Source: Patescibacteria group bacterium
GTDB lineage: Bacteria; Patescibacteriota; Patescibacteriia; UBA2591; JAQUPP01
DNA: 64,000 nt
Assembly (NCBI GenBank): GCA_041649955.1
Contig: JBAZMD010000002.1
Coordinates: 7,709-71,708 of the forward strand
Direction of reading: 5' to 3'
Shown here: positions 45,426 through 55,731 of the stretch, piece by piece
How positions within the stretch are numbered: the first letter of the stretch is position 1
Layout of the letters: every line of letters begins with the position of its first letter
The notes under the pieces: model-generated
What the model was told of the DNA's origin: nothing
The model's input: the letters and a program-made list of their open reading frames with translations, nothing else
Database searches by the model: none
Program-made: the position numbers and the translations under genes

Positions 45426-45872
45426 TTAATTTTTTAACGGCCAATACTTTATTGTTAGTTCAAACACTTTCTCTATTCTTTCTTTCAAATAATCGTGAGA
45501 AAATATTCCATCTTTAGCGGAATAAATAAGAGCACCCACAATAATATGCACCGGTTCACTGGTTAATCCTATTCTCATCCATCTTGTACCATCTATTTTA
45601 AAAACAGGAAGATCGAAAAGTTCGTGCAATTTCTTTTTTAATTGATCTGTCTCTCCTCCCAAAAGGCCACATTGCAGTTCCACGCCTATTACTGCCTTTT
45701 CTCCAACAGTCGCAGTTCTGAAAATACTCATAAAAGGGATCTCCAAAGTTTTTAAACAAACAATAGCGGTAATAACTCCTCCCGGCTGTAAAGTGTGAGA
45801 AATCTCCAATTCTTCTAAAATTTCTTCAAGTCTTTTTAATACTTCGTCTAACTTAATCTTGTCATTTTTCAT
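45426..45872 (-). CDS. hypothetical protein (148 aa)
   Basis: SD AAGGAGGA; promoter with palindromic ATAGCTAT pair upstream; terminator hairpin 45378-45412. Confidence 0.5.
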   Translation of the reverse strand: MKNDKIKLDEVLKRLEEILEELEISHTLQPGGVITAIVCLKTLEIPFMSIFRTATVGEKAVIGVELQCGLLGGETDQLKKKLHELFDLPVFKIDGTRWMRIGLTSEPVHIIVGALIYSAKDGIFSHDYLKERIEKVFELTIKYWPLKN

Positions 45873-45905
45873 TCTTCCTCCTTTTAGCTTAAATAGCTAT
45901 CTATA

Positions 45906-45934
45906 AGAATAGCTATTTTTTATTTTTTGTCAAT
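45906..45934 (-). promoter_or_regulatory. sigma70-like promoter TTGACA-17-TATTCT overlapping ATAGCTAT direct-palindrome pair
   Basis: complement of 45929-45934 TTGACA; weak -10. Confidence 0.35.
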
Positions 45935-48211
45935 GCTTTCCTGTTCCAACAATTGCCTAACCTGCTGAACCGCTTGCGGGTTTTTGCTTTCCATTTCATT
46001 GAAAATTTTCTCAGCTGTGGCTTGATCGCCGCCCTTAGCGTAAATCAAAGCGCAACCCAATTGGGAAGTTAAATTGTCAGGTTGCAGGCGAACAGCCCTG
46101 CCGCAAAAATCAAAAGCATTTCCAAAATCTTCAATTTCGGCATAAGCTCGGGCAATATTAAAATCAATACCTTCTTTATAATAACCTAGCTCTCTGGCTT
46201 TATTTATTGCGTCGGTGGCTTCTTTATTTTTACCCCAAACTAAATAAGCTTGCGCTAAATTCCAATATGATTCCCCTATTTTGTCATCAAAATTAACCGC
46301 TTCTTGAATAGTGCTGACGGCCTTTTCATATTCTCCCTTATAAAGATAAGTTCTGCCTAATTCAAAATAAACTTGCTGGCGTTTTGGCGAAAGTTCTGTC
46401 GCCTTTTTTAAAACTTCTTCCGCTTTATCAAGATACGCTTTATTATATTTTGAACCCAAATTATACAACTGGCCTAAATATAAATAATTTCTCACATCGC
46501 GAGGATGTTCTTGAATGCTTTTTTCAAACTCTTTAATGACAAAATCCTTGCCTTGCTGCAAAACAGCCGGATCAAGATTTGACTGACCCGGGAATTCAAC
46601 AATAGTTTTAGCCAGTTGCGTCCTGATTTCGGGATTTATAAAAATCGAGTTGGCTAAAGATTTTTTATACCAATCAATGCCTGCTTTTAAATCAACTCTA
46701 GAAGCGGAAATTCCAATAACCGCCGCCTTACTCTGAACAAAAGGCTCAAGATTAAATTTATAAATTGACCATGGCAAAAAAATAATAATCAAAAAAATCA
46801 AAATTGGAAGCGGAAATACATTAACTTGTAACTTATTTAATTGTTGTCCGTGTTTAGTTCCGCGTGAGTCCGCGTTTAGTTCGCGTAAGTCTGTGTCAAG
46901 TTCGCGTGAGTCCTTGTTCGTTGTTATAAAATAAGTTAGAGCCAGACCAAAATAAAAAATAATCAAAGGAGCGGGTGTATCAAAAACAGTTAGATTCTGG
47001 ATAAAATAAGCCAAAAACATGCAAGCGAATAATGCACCGCAAATTCTATATTTATTCGCAGCATTCTCCCTGCGTTTCCGTAATAGCAGCCAAAAAACCG
47101 TCCCAAAAACCGCTAAATAAGCCACTGTACCGACACTGCCGGTTAAAGTCAATAAATCTATAACTTGATTGTGCGAACGATCAAACCAAGTATTTTCCTG
47201 ACCTAAACCTAAATAATGAGGACTATAATACTTGTTAAAAATTATATTATAATTCTCCCAGCCCCAGCCTAAAATCGGTTTTTCTTTAAAGCCCTGCCAG
47301 CCGGCTTGCCAAACAATTGTTCGCTCGCTCGCGCTGCCGGTCAAATAAACAAGCCTCATAATAAAAACCGGCGCCTTATAAATCCATGGTTTTTCTTTTT
47401 GAGTTTGAAGAAAAAATATTCCGCTGATCGCAACCAATACCAATAAAATAAAAATGGAAATAAAAATTAATTTCAACTTTTTATTTCGCAGGTTTAAAAT
47501 TAAATAACCCAAAAATAATATAAATGATAATCCAAAAGCAAGCATTACTCCGCGTGAAGCGGCAAAAAGAATAATAGCTAAATTAAAAAAAACAAGAAAA
47601 ACAGCCAAAATTCGCCAAAAATATTTTTTCTCGGAGAACAACAAAAATCCGGATAAAAAAATATGGAGCATGGCGTAAACCGCCAAAAAAATCGGATTGC
47701 CGAGTGTTGCTGTCATTTGAGGATTATTTTCTTTCAATAAGAATTTTAATCCGAATTTTTGGCCCATACCGTATAATCCAATTAAAAAAGAACAAATCAA
47801 ACTTGTCCAAATTAATTTTCGCCAATCCTGCCATTTTTTAAAACAACTGGTTAAAATTAAAAACCATAAATAAAAATGAATCAAAGTTAAAATACCGGTC
47901 ATTCTTTCTTGGGTTGACCAAAAAGAGCGCGAAATATCAATGCCGGTCAGCATTGTTAAAATCAAAACGCCCATAAATGCCGTTAAACTGAAAATTAAAG
48001 GATTTTTCCAAGCCGGCCGATAATTTTTATCATAAATAGCCAAAAACAGCCAAGCGGCAAAAATAATTTCCACTAAAATCCTGAAAAATATAATTTTGCC
48101 GAAAATGTAAGGGTATAAAGTATATTGATAAACCAAAAGCGGCAAAAATAAAATTAGACAAGATCCGTAATGAATAATCTTCAAGCAAATTTTTTCCAAT
48201 GTTTTAGACAT
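45920..48211 (-). CDS. O-antigen ligase/polymerase-like (Wzy_C-type) polytopic membrane protein with C-terminal TPR repeats and an in-frame repeat insertion
   Basis: 763 aa; ~12 TM helices; C-terminal ~230 aa TPR-like (YLGQLYNLGSKYNKAYLDKAEEVLKKA...); insertion ELDTDLRELNADSRGTKHGQQ encoded by 46846-46915. Confidence 0.55.
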   Translation of the reverse strand: MSKTLEKICLKIIHYGSCLILFLPLLVYQYTLYPYIFGKIIFFRILVEIIFAAWLFLAIYDKNYRPAWKNPLIFSLTAFMGVLILTMLTGIDISRSFWSTQERMTGILTLIHFYLWFLILTSCFKKWQDWRKLIWTSLICSFLIGLYGMGQKFGLKFLLKENNPQMTATLGNPIFLAVYAMLHIFLSGFLLFSEKKYFWRILAVFLVFFNLAIILFAASRGVMLAFGLSFILFLGYLILNLRNKKLKLIFISIFILLVLVAISGIFFLQTQKEKPWIYKAPVFIMRLVYLTGSASERTIVWQAGWQGFKEKPILGWGWENYNIIFNKYYSPHYLGLGQENTWFDRSHNQVIDLLTLTGSVGTVAYLAVFGTVFWLLLRKRRENAANKYRICGALFACMFLAYFIQNLTVFDTPAPLIIFYFGLALTYFITTNKDSRELDTDLRELNADSRGTKHGQQLNKLQVNVFPLPILIFLIIIFLPWSIYKFNLEPFVQSKAAVIGISASRVDLKAGIDWYKKSLANSIFINPEIRTQLAKTIVEFPGQSNLDPAVLQQGKDFVIKEFEKSIQEHPRDVRNYLYLGQLYNLGSKYNKAYLDKAEEVLKKATELSPKRQQVYFELGRTYLYKGEYEKAVSTIQEAVNFDDKIGESYWNLAQAYLVWGKNKEATDAINKARELGYYKEGIDFNIARAYAEIEDFGNAFDFCGRAVRLQPDNLTSQLGCALIYAKGGDQATAEKIFNEMESKNPQAVQQVRQLLEQESIDKK
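46846..46915. repeat. in-frame repeat copy composed of GTCCGCGT/GTCTGTGT units only
   Basis: ttgtccgtgtttagttccgcgtgagtccgcgtttagttcgcgtaagtctgtgtcaagttcgcgtgagtcc. Confidence 0.65.
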
Positions 48212-49643
48212 TTTTAAATAAAATTAAACTTTTAACTTTCATTAATTCTTCTTTTGAAATTATTTTCAATAAACAAGCGCTTAAAAAATAAGAACCGATG
48301 CCGATTAAAATTAAAACAACCAAGTGGCATTTATTTTGTAAAAGCAAAATCAGGCCGCTCATAATCAAACACGATAAAAAAATACCGCCGATTTTTTTTA
48401 TAAAATATCTCTTATGAATCTTGATTAATTTTAAAACCCAACATAATTCTATAACAAATAAAAATAAATAACTGATTAAAAAAGCAATGGCTATTCCGAT
48501 TTGAGCCAATCTTGGAATTAAAATTACGGCAAAAATAATTAAAACAGATACGCCGATTCCCTGATTAATCATATTAATTTTTTGCCGATTGCAAGCGTTA
48601 AGCAAAGTAATAGCCAATACATCAAAGAAAGTAAAAGGCAAGGCTAAAATTAAAATTTTTAGAATAATAGAAGCCGGAAGATAATTTGGTCCATAAAAAA
48701 GGGTGATTAAAGAATTACTGAGTATTATTGTACCAAAAACAATTGGTAAAATAATTAATAATAAATAAAAAAGCGCTTCTTGAAAAATCCGAGAAGTTTC
48801 TTGCTTTGAAGAAAAAAAATGTCTGCTTAAAGCAGGATAAATAGCGCTGCTGAAGGCCACTGGGATTAAAGCTAAAATAACATTGGGCAATTTTTTAGCT
48901 GCGTTATAAAGGCCAACCATCGTATCATTGCCGAGATGCGAGAGTAAAATTGTGTCAATATTGACATATAAAGTGGCAAAAATACCGGCAATAAAAAATG
49001 GCAAGCTAAGTTTCATTAATTGTTTAATCTCCGGTAAATCAAAAGTAAATTTAAACCAAAGTCCGGTTTGTCTTTTAAAAAATTTCAAACTATTAATCAG
49101 ATAAATCGCGTTGGCGCAAATATATGGAAGAATCATTAAAAGCAAGCCAACCTTCAGCTTCATTAAAATTACGCCGACAATTACCAGAGTTGTCTGAGAT
49201 AAAATTGTTCCCAAGGCTTCATATTTAAAATTAAAATGTCCGCGAAAAACCTGATAAAAAGTTGAGCCAAATGAACCAAGAATTGATGAAATAACGACCA
49301 AATAAGTTAAATTTTGAATAATAACAGAATAATGCAACAAACGAACCAAGAAAAAAATAATTAAACAAGAAAGTAAACTGACCACTAATTTAAATCCTAA
49401 AATATTATTTAAATATTTTTGCGTTTTTTCTCTATCACGGGCTATTTCGCGAGTCATCACGCCGCCAAAACCAAAATCTATAAAAATCAAAAGCATGCCG
49501 ACCAAGGCAAAAACAAACATATACTTGCCGAAGTTTTCCACTCCCAAATAACGAGCCAAAATAAAATAATAAACCGCGGCCATCAATTTTTGATAGACCT
49601 GAGCCACTAATAAATAAAAAGTATTTTGGGTAGTTGAAACCAT
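48204..49643 (-). CDS. polysaccharide biosynthesis protein / oligosaccharide flippase (Wzx-like)
   Basis: 479 aa, 12-14 TM; N-terminal LVAQVYQKLMAAVYYFILARYLGVENFGKY typical of PF01943 flippases. Confidence 0.7.
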   Translation of the reverse strand: MVSTTQNTFYLLVAQVYQKLMAAVYYFILARYLGVENFGKYMFVFALVGMLLIFIDFGFGGVMTREIARDREKTQKYLNNILGFKLVVSLLSCLIIFFLVRLLHYSVIIQNLTYLVVISSILGSFGSTFYQVFRGHFNFKYEALGTILSQTTLVIVGVILMKLKVGLLLMILPYICANAIYLINSLKFFKRQTGLWFKFTFDLPEIKQLMKLSLPFFIAGIFATLYVNIDTILLSHLGNDTMVGLYNAAKKLPNVILALIPVAFSSAIYPALSRHFFSSKQETSRIFQEALFYLLLIILPIVFGTIILSNSLITLFYGPNYLPASIILKILILALPFTFFDVLAITLLNACNRQKINMINQGIGVSVLIIFAVILIPRLAQIGIAIAFLISYLFLFVIELCWVLKLIKIHKRYFIKKIGGIFLSCLIMSGLILLLQNKCHLVVLILIGIGSYFLSACLLKIISKEELMKVKSLILFKNV

Positions 49644-49895
49644 AAAAAATATTTTAATTATCTGAAAAAAAATAATAGATAGATAACACTATACCATATT
49701 TATGACGGTGGACAAGCCCCCACACCATAACTTATCATTAACATTTTGAATAAAAAAATTATAAAAGCGAAGCCGCTTCGCTTTTATCTTCCACTTTTAA
49801 AAAAGTCTTACGCTGAGTTTGGTGTGGAGGCAAGCCCTTGTCTGATTCTAAAAAGATAGTATAATTTCTTTCATAATATTTATAATATTAAAGAT

Positions 49896-51194
49896 ATGAA
49901 AAATTTAGAAACATTAATTAAAAATAAAAAAGCTAAAATTACGATCATCGGACTCGGTTACGTGGGATTGCCATTGGCTGTGGTATTAGCCGAACAAGGA
50001 TTCAGAGTTTTCGGTTTTGACGTTCAAAAGAACAAAGTTAAATTAGTCAATCAAGGTCATTCTTATATCGCCGATATTTCTTCGGCTGATTTGCAAGGAG
50101 TTCTTAAATCTAAAAAATTTTCAGCCACCACTGACAAAAAAATTCTAAAACTCGCTGATGTGATTATTATTTGCGTTCCTACTCCGCTGGATAAATATAA
50201 ACAGCCCGACATTACTTATATTCAATCCACGGTTAAAGAAATCGCTCGTTTTATCAGAAAGGGGCAATTAATAATTTTGGAAAGCACTACCTACCCCGGA
50301 ACAACGCGCGAAGTTATTTTGCCTGTTCTCCAAAAATCCGGTTTAAAAGTGGGAAAAGATTTCTTTTTGGCTTTTTCTCCGGAACGAATTGATCCGGGCA
50401 ATCAAAAATTCAATGTCAGAAATGTTCCCAAAGTAGTCGGCGGCATTACTCCTAAATGCACTAAGCTTACAAATTTAGTTTATAGATCATTCTTAGATAA
50501 AGTTTTTAAAGTTTCTTCGCCTGAAGCCGCGGAAATGACTAAAATTCTTGAAAATACTTTCCGAATAGTTAATGTTTCAATGATTAACGAATTGGCTCTT
50601 TTATGTGGAAAAATGGGTATTGATATTTGGGAAGTGATTGAAGCGGCTAAAACAAAGCCTTATGGATTTATGCCATTTTATCCCGGACCCGGAATCGGTG
50701 GACACTGCATCCCCTTGGATCCGTTTTATCTTTCATGGAAAGCCAAAGAATACGGGTTTTATACAAGATTTATAGAATTGGGAGGTGAAATCAACGATCA
50801 AATGCCCCATTTTGTCGTGACTAAAGTTATTTCCGGACTTAATCAGCATAAAAAATCTTTAAACGGGGCCAAGATTTTGGTTTGGGGCGTTGCTTATAAA
50901 AAAGACGTGGCTGATCCAAGAGAATCAGCTTCTTATCATGTTATTCGCGATCTCTGGAAAAAGGGAGCCAATGTGGAATATTTTGATCCATATATTCCGG
51001 AATTTAAAATTGATAATAAAAATTTAAAATCCATTGAATATCAGCCGAAAAATCTTAAACATTATGATTGTGTTTTAATTTTAGCCGATCATTCCAATCT
51101 CAATTATGACGAAGTGGCCAAGAAATCACTCTTGGTGGTTGACACGCGCAATGCCATTAAAAATAGAAAGTTTAAAAATGTGTTGTGGCTGTAA
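49896..51194 (+). CDS. nucleotide-sugar dehydrogenase (UDP-GlcNAc/UDP-GalNAc 6-dehydrogenase, WbpA/WbpO-like)
   Basis: 432 aa; N-terminal Rossmann ITIIGLGYVGLPLAVVLAEQG; catalytic Cys region GGHCIPLDP. Confidence 0.8.
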   Translation: MKNLETLIKNKKAKITIIGLGYVGLPLAVVLAEQGFRVFGFDVQKNKVKLVNQGHSYIADISSADLQGVLKSKKFSATTDKKILKLADVIIICVPTPLDKYKQPDITYIQSTVKEIARFIRKGQLIILESTTYPGTTREVILPVLQKSGLKVGKDFFLAFSPERIDPGNQKFNVRNVPKVVGGITPKCTKLTNLVYRSFLDKVFKVSSPEAAEMTKILENTFRIVNVSMINELALLCGKMGIDIWEVIEAAKTKPYGFMPFYPGPGIGGHCIPLDPFYLSWKAKEYGFYTRFIELGGEINDQMPHFVVTKVISGLNQHKKSLNGAKILVWGVAYKKDVADPRESASYHVIRDLWKKGANVEYFDPYIPEFKIDNKNLKSIEYQPKNLKHYDCVLILADHSNLNYDEVAKKSLLVVDTRNAIKNRKFKNVLWL

Positions 51195-51245
51195 ATTAAT
51201 TTATTATAATCAATTGTATCACATAAAATACTATTAAATAATTTT

Positions 51246-52160
51246 ATGAAATGTTTAGTTATCGGCGGCGCCGGGTTTATAGGCTCCCATCTTACGGATA
51301 GATTAATAGAAGAGAAATACAAAGTGGCAGTGATTGATAATTTGTCTACCGGCAAAAAAGAAAATTTAAACCCGAGGGCAAAATTTTATCAAATTGATAT
51401 TTTAAGTCCTCGGATTTCTAAAATTTTTCAAAAAGAAAAACCTGAAATAGTTTTTCATTATGCCGCCCAAATTGATGTTAGAAAATCAGTAGAAAACCCA
51501 ATGGAAGACGCTAAAATCAATATTTTGGGGGGTCTTAATCTTTTAGAAAATTGTAAAAAATTTAAAGTAAAAAAGATTATTTTTGCATCAACCGGCGGAG
51601 CAATTTATGGCGATGCTGATATTATCCCTACCTCTGAGGATTATCCGGAATTCCCCCTATCTCCTTACGGCATCGCTAAATTAACAATAGAAAAATATTT
51701 AAATTATTACTGCAAAATTTTTGGCCTATCTTATATCGCATTACGTTTTGCCAATGTTTACGGGCCTCGCCAAAACTCAAAAGGTGAAGCAGGAATAATA
51801 GCAATTTTTTGCGATAAAATGTTATCAGGAAAACAGCCGATTATTAATGGCAGCGGAAAACAAACCCGAGACTTTGTTTATGTAAAAGATGTGGTTGAGG
51901 CCGCCGTTTTAGCGCTCAAAAAAAACAAAGTGGGTACTTTCAACATTGGTACTTCTAAAGAAACAGACATTAATACTATTTTCAAAAAACTAAAAGAATT
52001 AACCGGCTCAAAATACAAAGAAATTCACTGCCCGGAAAAACTAGGTGAACAAAAAAGAAGCTGCCTCACTTACTTCAAGGCGAAAAAAGAACTCGGCTGG
52101 CAACCTAAATATAATTTAGACAATGGTTTAAGACAAACAGTAGAATGGTTCAAAAAATAA
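51246..52160 (+). CDS. NAD-dependent epimerase/dehydratase (UDP-hexose 4-epimerase GalE/WbpP-like)
   Basis: 304 aa; GGAGFIGSH Rossmann; YxxxK (PYGIAKLTIEK). Confidence 0.8.
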   Translation: MKCLVIGGAGFIGSHLTDRLIEEKYKVAVIDNLSTGKKENLNPRAKFYQIDILSPRISKIFQKEKPEIVFHYAAQIDVRKSVENPMEDAKINILGGLNLLENCKKFKVKKIIFASTGGAIYGDADIIPTSEDYPEFPLSPYGIAKLTIEKYLNYYCKIFGLSYIALRFANVYGPRQNSKGEAGIIAIFCDKMLSGKQPIINGSGKQTRDFVYVKDVVEAAVLALKKNKVGTFNIGTSKETDINTIFKKLKELTGSKYKEIHCPEKLGEQKRSCLTYFKAKKELGWQPKYNLDNGLRQTVEWFKK

Positions 52161-52189
52161 AATCATTAATAAAATATAATATTGAAAGT

Positions 52190-53191
52190 ATGAAAGATTT
52201 AGAATCATCAAAAAAAAATATCGCTGTAATCGGCGGAGGTTATTGGGGCAAGAATTTAGTCAGAAATTTTTATGAACTGGGTGTTTTAAAAACCGTCAGC
52301 GATCTTAATCAAAACGCGCTTGATGCTTTGAAAAAAAATTATCCGGAAATTAATACTACGCAAAAATTTGAAGACGTGGCTCTTGATAAAAATATCAAGG
52401 GCGTAGTTATTGCCACGCCGGCCGCTACTCATCATCAAGTGGTTAAAAAATTTCTTCTGGCCGGCAAAGATGTTTTTGTAGAGAAACCCTTGGCTCTAAA
52501 TATCAAACACGGTGAAGAATTGGTAAAATTAGCCGAAAAACAAAAATGCATTTTAATGGTCGGACATCTTCTTCTTTATCATCCGGCTGTGATTAAATTA
52601 AAAGAATTGATTGAACAGGGAGAACTGGGAAAAATCCGCTATATTCATTCCAATCGCCTTAATTTCGGAAAACTTCGCACTGAAGAAAATATTCTTTGGT
52701 CGTTTGCTCCGCATGACATCGCGGTCATTATTGATTTAATAGGGAAATTGCCTAAAAAAATTTGCAGCCATGGCATGGATTGGCTGAATAAAAACGTGGC
52801 GGACAGCACTTTAAGTTATTTTGAATTTGATAAAAATCAAGCCGCGCATATTTTTGTTTCTTGGCTCAATCCTTTTAAAGAACAAAAATTATCCGTAATC
52901 GGCGAGAAAAAAATGGCCGTTTTTGACGATCAGGCGGAAAATAAATTAGTTGTTTATCCCCATAAAGTTGAATGGCTGGGCAAGATTCCGGAAGCAAAAA
53001 AAGCGGAAGGAGAAATAATTCCCCTGCCGCAGCTTGAACCCTTGCGCCAAGAATGCCAGCATTTTCTTAATTGCATTGAGACTCGCAAAAATCCTAAAAG
53101 CGACGGCCGCGAAGCATTAAATGTTTTAAAAATTTTAAATGCTTGCCAAAAATCTTTAGATAAAAAAGGTAAAATAATAAATTTATTATAA
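52190..53191 (+). CDS. Gfo/Idh/MocA-family oxidoreductase (WbpB-like UDP-sugar 3-dehydrogenase candidate)
   Basis: N-terminal [11 protein letters not shown]ossmann, EKP motif (VFVEKPLAL); start chosen at internal Met to avoid overlap; ORF-track start 52145 possible. Confidence 0.75.
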   Translation: MKDLESSKKNIAVIGGGYWGKNLVRNFYELGVLKTVSDLNQNALDALKKNYPEINTTQKFEDVALDKNIKGVVIATPAATHHQVVKKFLLAGKDVFVEKPLALNIKHGEELVKLAEKQKCILMVGHLLLYHPAVIKLKELIEQGELGKIRYIHSNRLNFGKLRTEENILWSFAPHDIAVIIDLIGKLPKKICSHGMDWLNKNVADSTLSYFEFDKNQAAHIFVSWLNPFKEQKLSVIGEKKMAVFDDQAENKLVVYPHKVEWLGKIPEAKKAEGEIIPLPQLEPLRQECQHFLNCIETRKNPKSDGREALNVLKILNACQKSLDKKGKIINLL

Positions 53192-53196
53192 AAACT

Positions 53197-53787
53197 ATGG
53201 AGAAAAAATTTTGGGCACATTCATCAGCAGAAGTTTCGCCGGAAGCGAAAATCGGCTCCGGAACAAAAATTTGGCAGAACAGCCAGGTTTTGGCTGGCGC
53301 GCAAATCGGAGAAAATTGCATGGTCGGACATAATTGTTTTGTCGGCGGCAAAGTAAAAATGGGCAATGGCGTTAAACTGGAATCAAATGTTGACGCCTGG
53401 GATTTGGTTACTCTGGAAGATTATGTTTTTGTCGGACCGTCGGCAGTATTTACCAATGACCCAAATCCGCGCGCCAAATATCCGAAAAAAAAATATCCGG
53501 AATATGGAAAATGGAAATCAACTTTGGTTAAAGAAGGCGCATCAATCGGCGCCAACGCAACGATTGTTTGCGGCGCCACCATCGGCAAAAGCGCTTTTAT
53601 CGGCGCTGGTTCGGTTGTTACTAAAGATATCCCTGATTACGGTTTAGCTTACGGCGTACCGGCTGCTGTTCACGATTGGGTTTGCGATTGCGGCAATAAG
53701 CTGCAATTCAAAAACAATAAAGCCGTTTGTAAAATTTGCAAAAAACAATATAAAAAACAAAAATTAATTATTAAACTTATCAAATAA
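53197..53787 (+). CDS. left-handed beta-helix (hexapeptide) acetyltransferase (WbpD-like) with C-terminal Cys4 tail
   Basis: 196 aa; repeated [LIV]G-x4 hexapeptides ([33 protein letters not shown]); C-terminal CDCG...CKICKK. Confidence 0.75.
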   Translation: MEKKFWAHSSAEVSPEAKIGSGTKIWQNSQVLAGAQIGENCMVGHNCFVGGKVKMGNGVKLESNVDAWDLVTLEDYVFVGPSAVFTNDPNPRAKYPKKKYPEYGKWKSTLVKEGASIGANATIVCGATIGKSAFIGAGSVVTKDIPDYGLAYGVPAAVHDWVCDCGNKLQFKNNKAVCKICKKQYKKQKLIIKLIK

Positions 53788-53791
53788 TAAT

Positions 53792-54895
53792 ATGCAATTT
53801 TTAGATCTTACCGCTCAATATAAATCCATTAAAAAAGAAATCAATAAAGCCGTTAGTAAAATATTAGGCAATGCTCATTTTATTTTAGGCGAAGAAGTGA
53901 CTGAGTTGGAAAAAGAAGTTGCCGCGCATTGCAAAACGCAATACGCCATTGGCGTTAATTCCGGAACAGACGCTCTCCTTCTCGCGCTAATGGCTCTTGA
54001 AATTGGTCCGGGAGACGAAGTTATTACCACTCCTTTCACTTTTTTCGCCACGGCAGAAGTAATTGCCGTACGCGGCGCCAAACCGATTTTTATTGATATT
54101 GATCCAAAAACTTTTAACATTGATGTTGACAAAATTGAAGAAAAAATTACCGCGAAAACCAAAGCAATAATTCCGGTTCATCTTTATGGCCAGCCGTGTG
54201 AAATGGATAAAATAATGGAAATCGCAAAAAAACACAAACTTTATGTTATTGAAGATTGCGCTCAAGCCATTGGCGCCAAATATAAAGGAAAAAATGTGGG
54301 ATCTTTCGGCGAATTCGGCTGTCTTTCATTTTTCCCTTCAAAAAATCTCGGCGCTTACGGCGATGGCGGTATGGTCTTGACTAATAATGAAAAATTGGCG
54401 GAAAAAATAAAAATGCTTCGCCAGCACGGTTCAAGAAAAAAATATTATCACGAAACTCTCGGAGTCAACAGCCGTTTAGACGCTCTTCAAGCGGCAATTT
54501 TGCGCGTTAAATTAAAATATTTAAATAAATGGGAAAAAGGCCGCCAGCAAAAAGCGAAAAAATATAATCAGAGTCTGGCAAAAATAAAAGGAATATCCGT
54601 CCCCTATCTCGCTAAAAATAACGAGCATGTTTATCATCAATACACCATTCGGGCGCAAAAACGCGACGAACTTCAGCAGTATTTAATCAAAAATAATATT
54701 CCTTCGGTTATCTATTATCCGGTGCCGCTTCATCTCCAGCCGGTTTTTAAACATTTAGGCCACAAAGAGGGCGATTTACCGGAAACCGAAAAAGCGGGAA
54801 GAGAAGTTCTAAGTTTGCCAATCTACCCTGAATTACCCGAGAAAAATCAAAATTTCATTATTGAAAAGATTAAAGAATACTATAAAAAAAATTAA
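53792..54895 (+). CDS. DegT/DnrJ/EryC1/StrS-family PLP-dependent aminotransferase (WbpE-like)
   Basis: 367 aa; family N-terminus and PLP-lysine region (SFFPSKNLGAYGDGG). Confidence 0.85.
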   Translation: MQFLDLTAQYKSIKKEINKAVSKILGNAHFILGEEVTELEKEVAAHCKTQYAIGVNSGTDALLLALMALEIGPGDEVITTPFTFFATAEVIAVRGAKPIFIDIDPKTFNIDVDKIEEKITAKTKAIIPVHLYGQPCEMDKIMEIAKKHKLYVIEDCAQAIGAKYKGKNVGSFGEFGCLSFFPSKNLGAYGDGGMVLTNNEKLAEKIKMLRQHGSRKKYYHETLGVNSRLDALQAAILRVKLKYLNKWEKGRQQKAKKYNQSLAKIKGISVPYLAKNNEHVYHQYTIRAQKRDELQQYLIKNNIPSVIYYPVPLHLQPVFKHLGHKEGDLPETEKAGREVLSLPIYPELPEKNQNFIIEKIKEYYKKN

Positions 54896-54917
54896 AAATT
54901 GCTAAGATTGCTAAAAT

Positions 54918-55709
54918 ATGGCAGATTTTAAAAAAAAATACGACGCACAGCCCTGGACAAAAGATTTTGCCCAAGATTTTGCTGAAGTAGAACGAGTTAA
55001 AAGTATTAGCAATATAATCCCAAAAGATGTTTGCACTATTTTGGATGCGGGATGCGGAAACGGTTTTTTTATAAATTTTCTGAAACAAAAAAACAGTTAT
55101 ACCAAATTAACCGGCTTAGACTATAGCGAAGAAGCATTAAAACATGTACAGACAGATAAAATTCAAGGAGACGTTACTGCCTTGCCGTTTGCCGATAACA
55201 GTTTTGATTTAGTAACTTGCTTGGAAGTTTTAGAACACCTGCCTCAGGAAGATTTAAAAAAGGGCATTTCAGAGCTTCAAAGAGTAAGCAAGAAATATAT
55301 ACTTATTACTGTCCCAAATGATGAAAATTTACAGCACAATCTAAGAATGTGCCCTAATTGTTATTGCTGTTTCAATACCAATTTTCACGTAAACAGTTTT
55401 AATGATGCTAAGCTTAAAAATTTATTTCCGCAGTTGCAATTGATTAAATTGGAAAAAATCGGCTCCTATTATAAAAAGTATCATCTTTTTTGGCCGTTTT
55501 ATGCAATATATATTAATTGGCAAAAAGCTAATCTGCCCAAAATTGCAATATGCCCTCAATGCGGATATCAAAATAAAAAAGTCATAAAAAACAGCCAATG
55601 TCTGGAAAAATTTTCCGCTAAGAAAATATCTCCAATTAAATTTTTAATAAAATTTATTATTCCCGGATCAAAGCAAAGAAGATGGATTATGGCTTTATAT
55701 AAAAAATAG
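54918..55709 (+). CDS. class I SAM-dependent methyltransferase with internal Cys4 zinc-ribbon
   Basis: 263 aa; motif I ILDAGCGNGFF; CPNCYCC...CPQCGYQ. Confidence 0.7.
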   Translation: MADFKKKYDAQPWTKDFAQDFAEVERVKSISNIIPKDVCTILDAGCGNGFFINFLKQKNSYTKLTGLDYSEEALKHVQTDKIQGDVTALPFADNSFDLVTCLEVLEHLPQEDLKKGISELQRVSKKYILITVPNDENLQHNLRMCPNCYCCFNTNFHVNSFNDAKLKNLFPQLQLIKLEKIGSYYKKYHLFWPFYAIYINWQKANLPKIAICPQCGYQNKKVIKNSQCLEKFSAKKISPIKFLIKFIIPGSKQRRWIMALYKK

Positions 55710-55731
55710 GGATTGCAATATTATTTTTTCT

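Noticed and set aside
5906..46915. Possibility that the recurring CTGAC/GTCCGTG units are a CRISPR array or spacers
   Set aside because: The units are irregularly spaced, lie inside intact coding sequences in frame, are dispersed over 40 kb, and no cas genes are present. The pattern fits dispersed palindromic insertion elements, not CRISPR.
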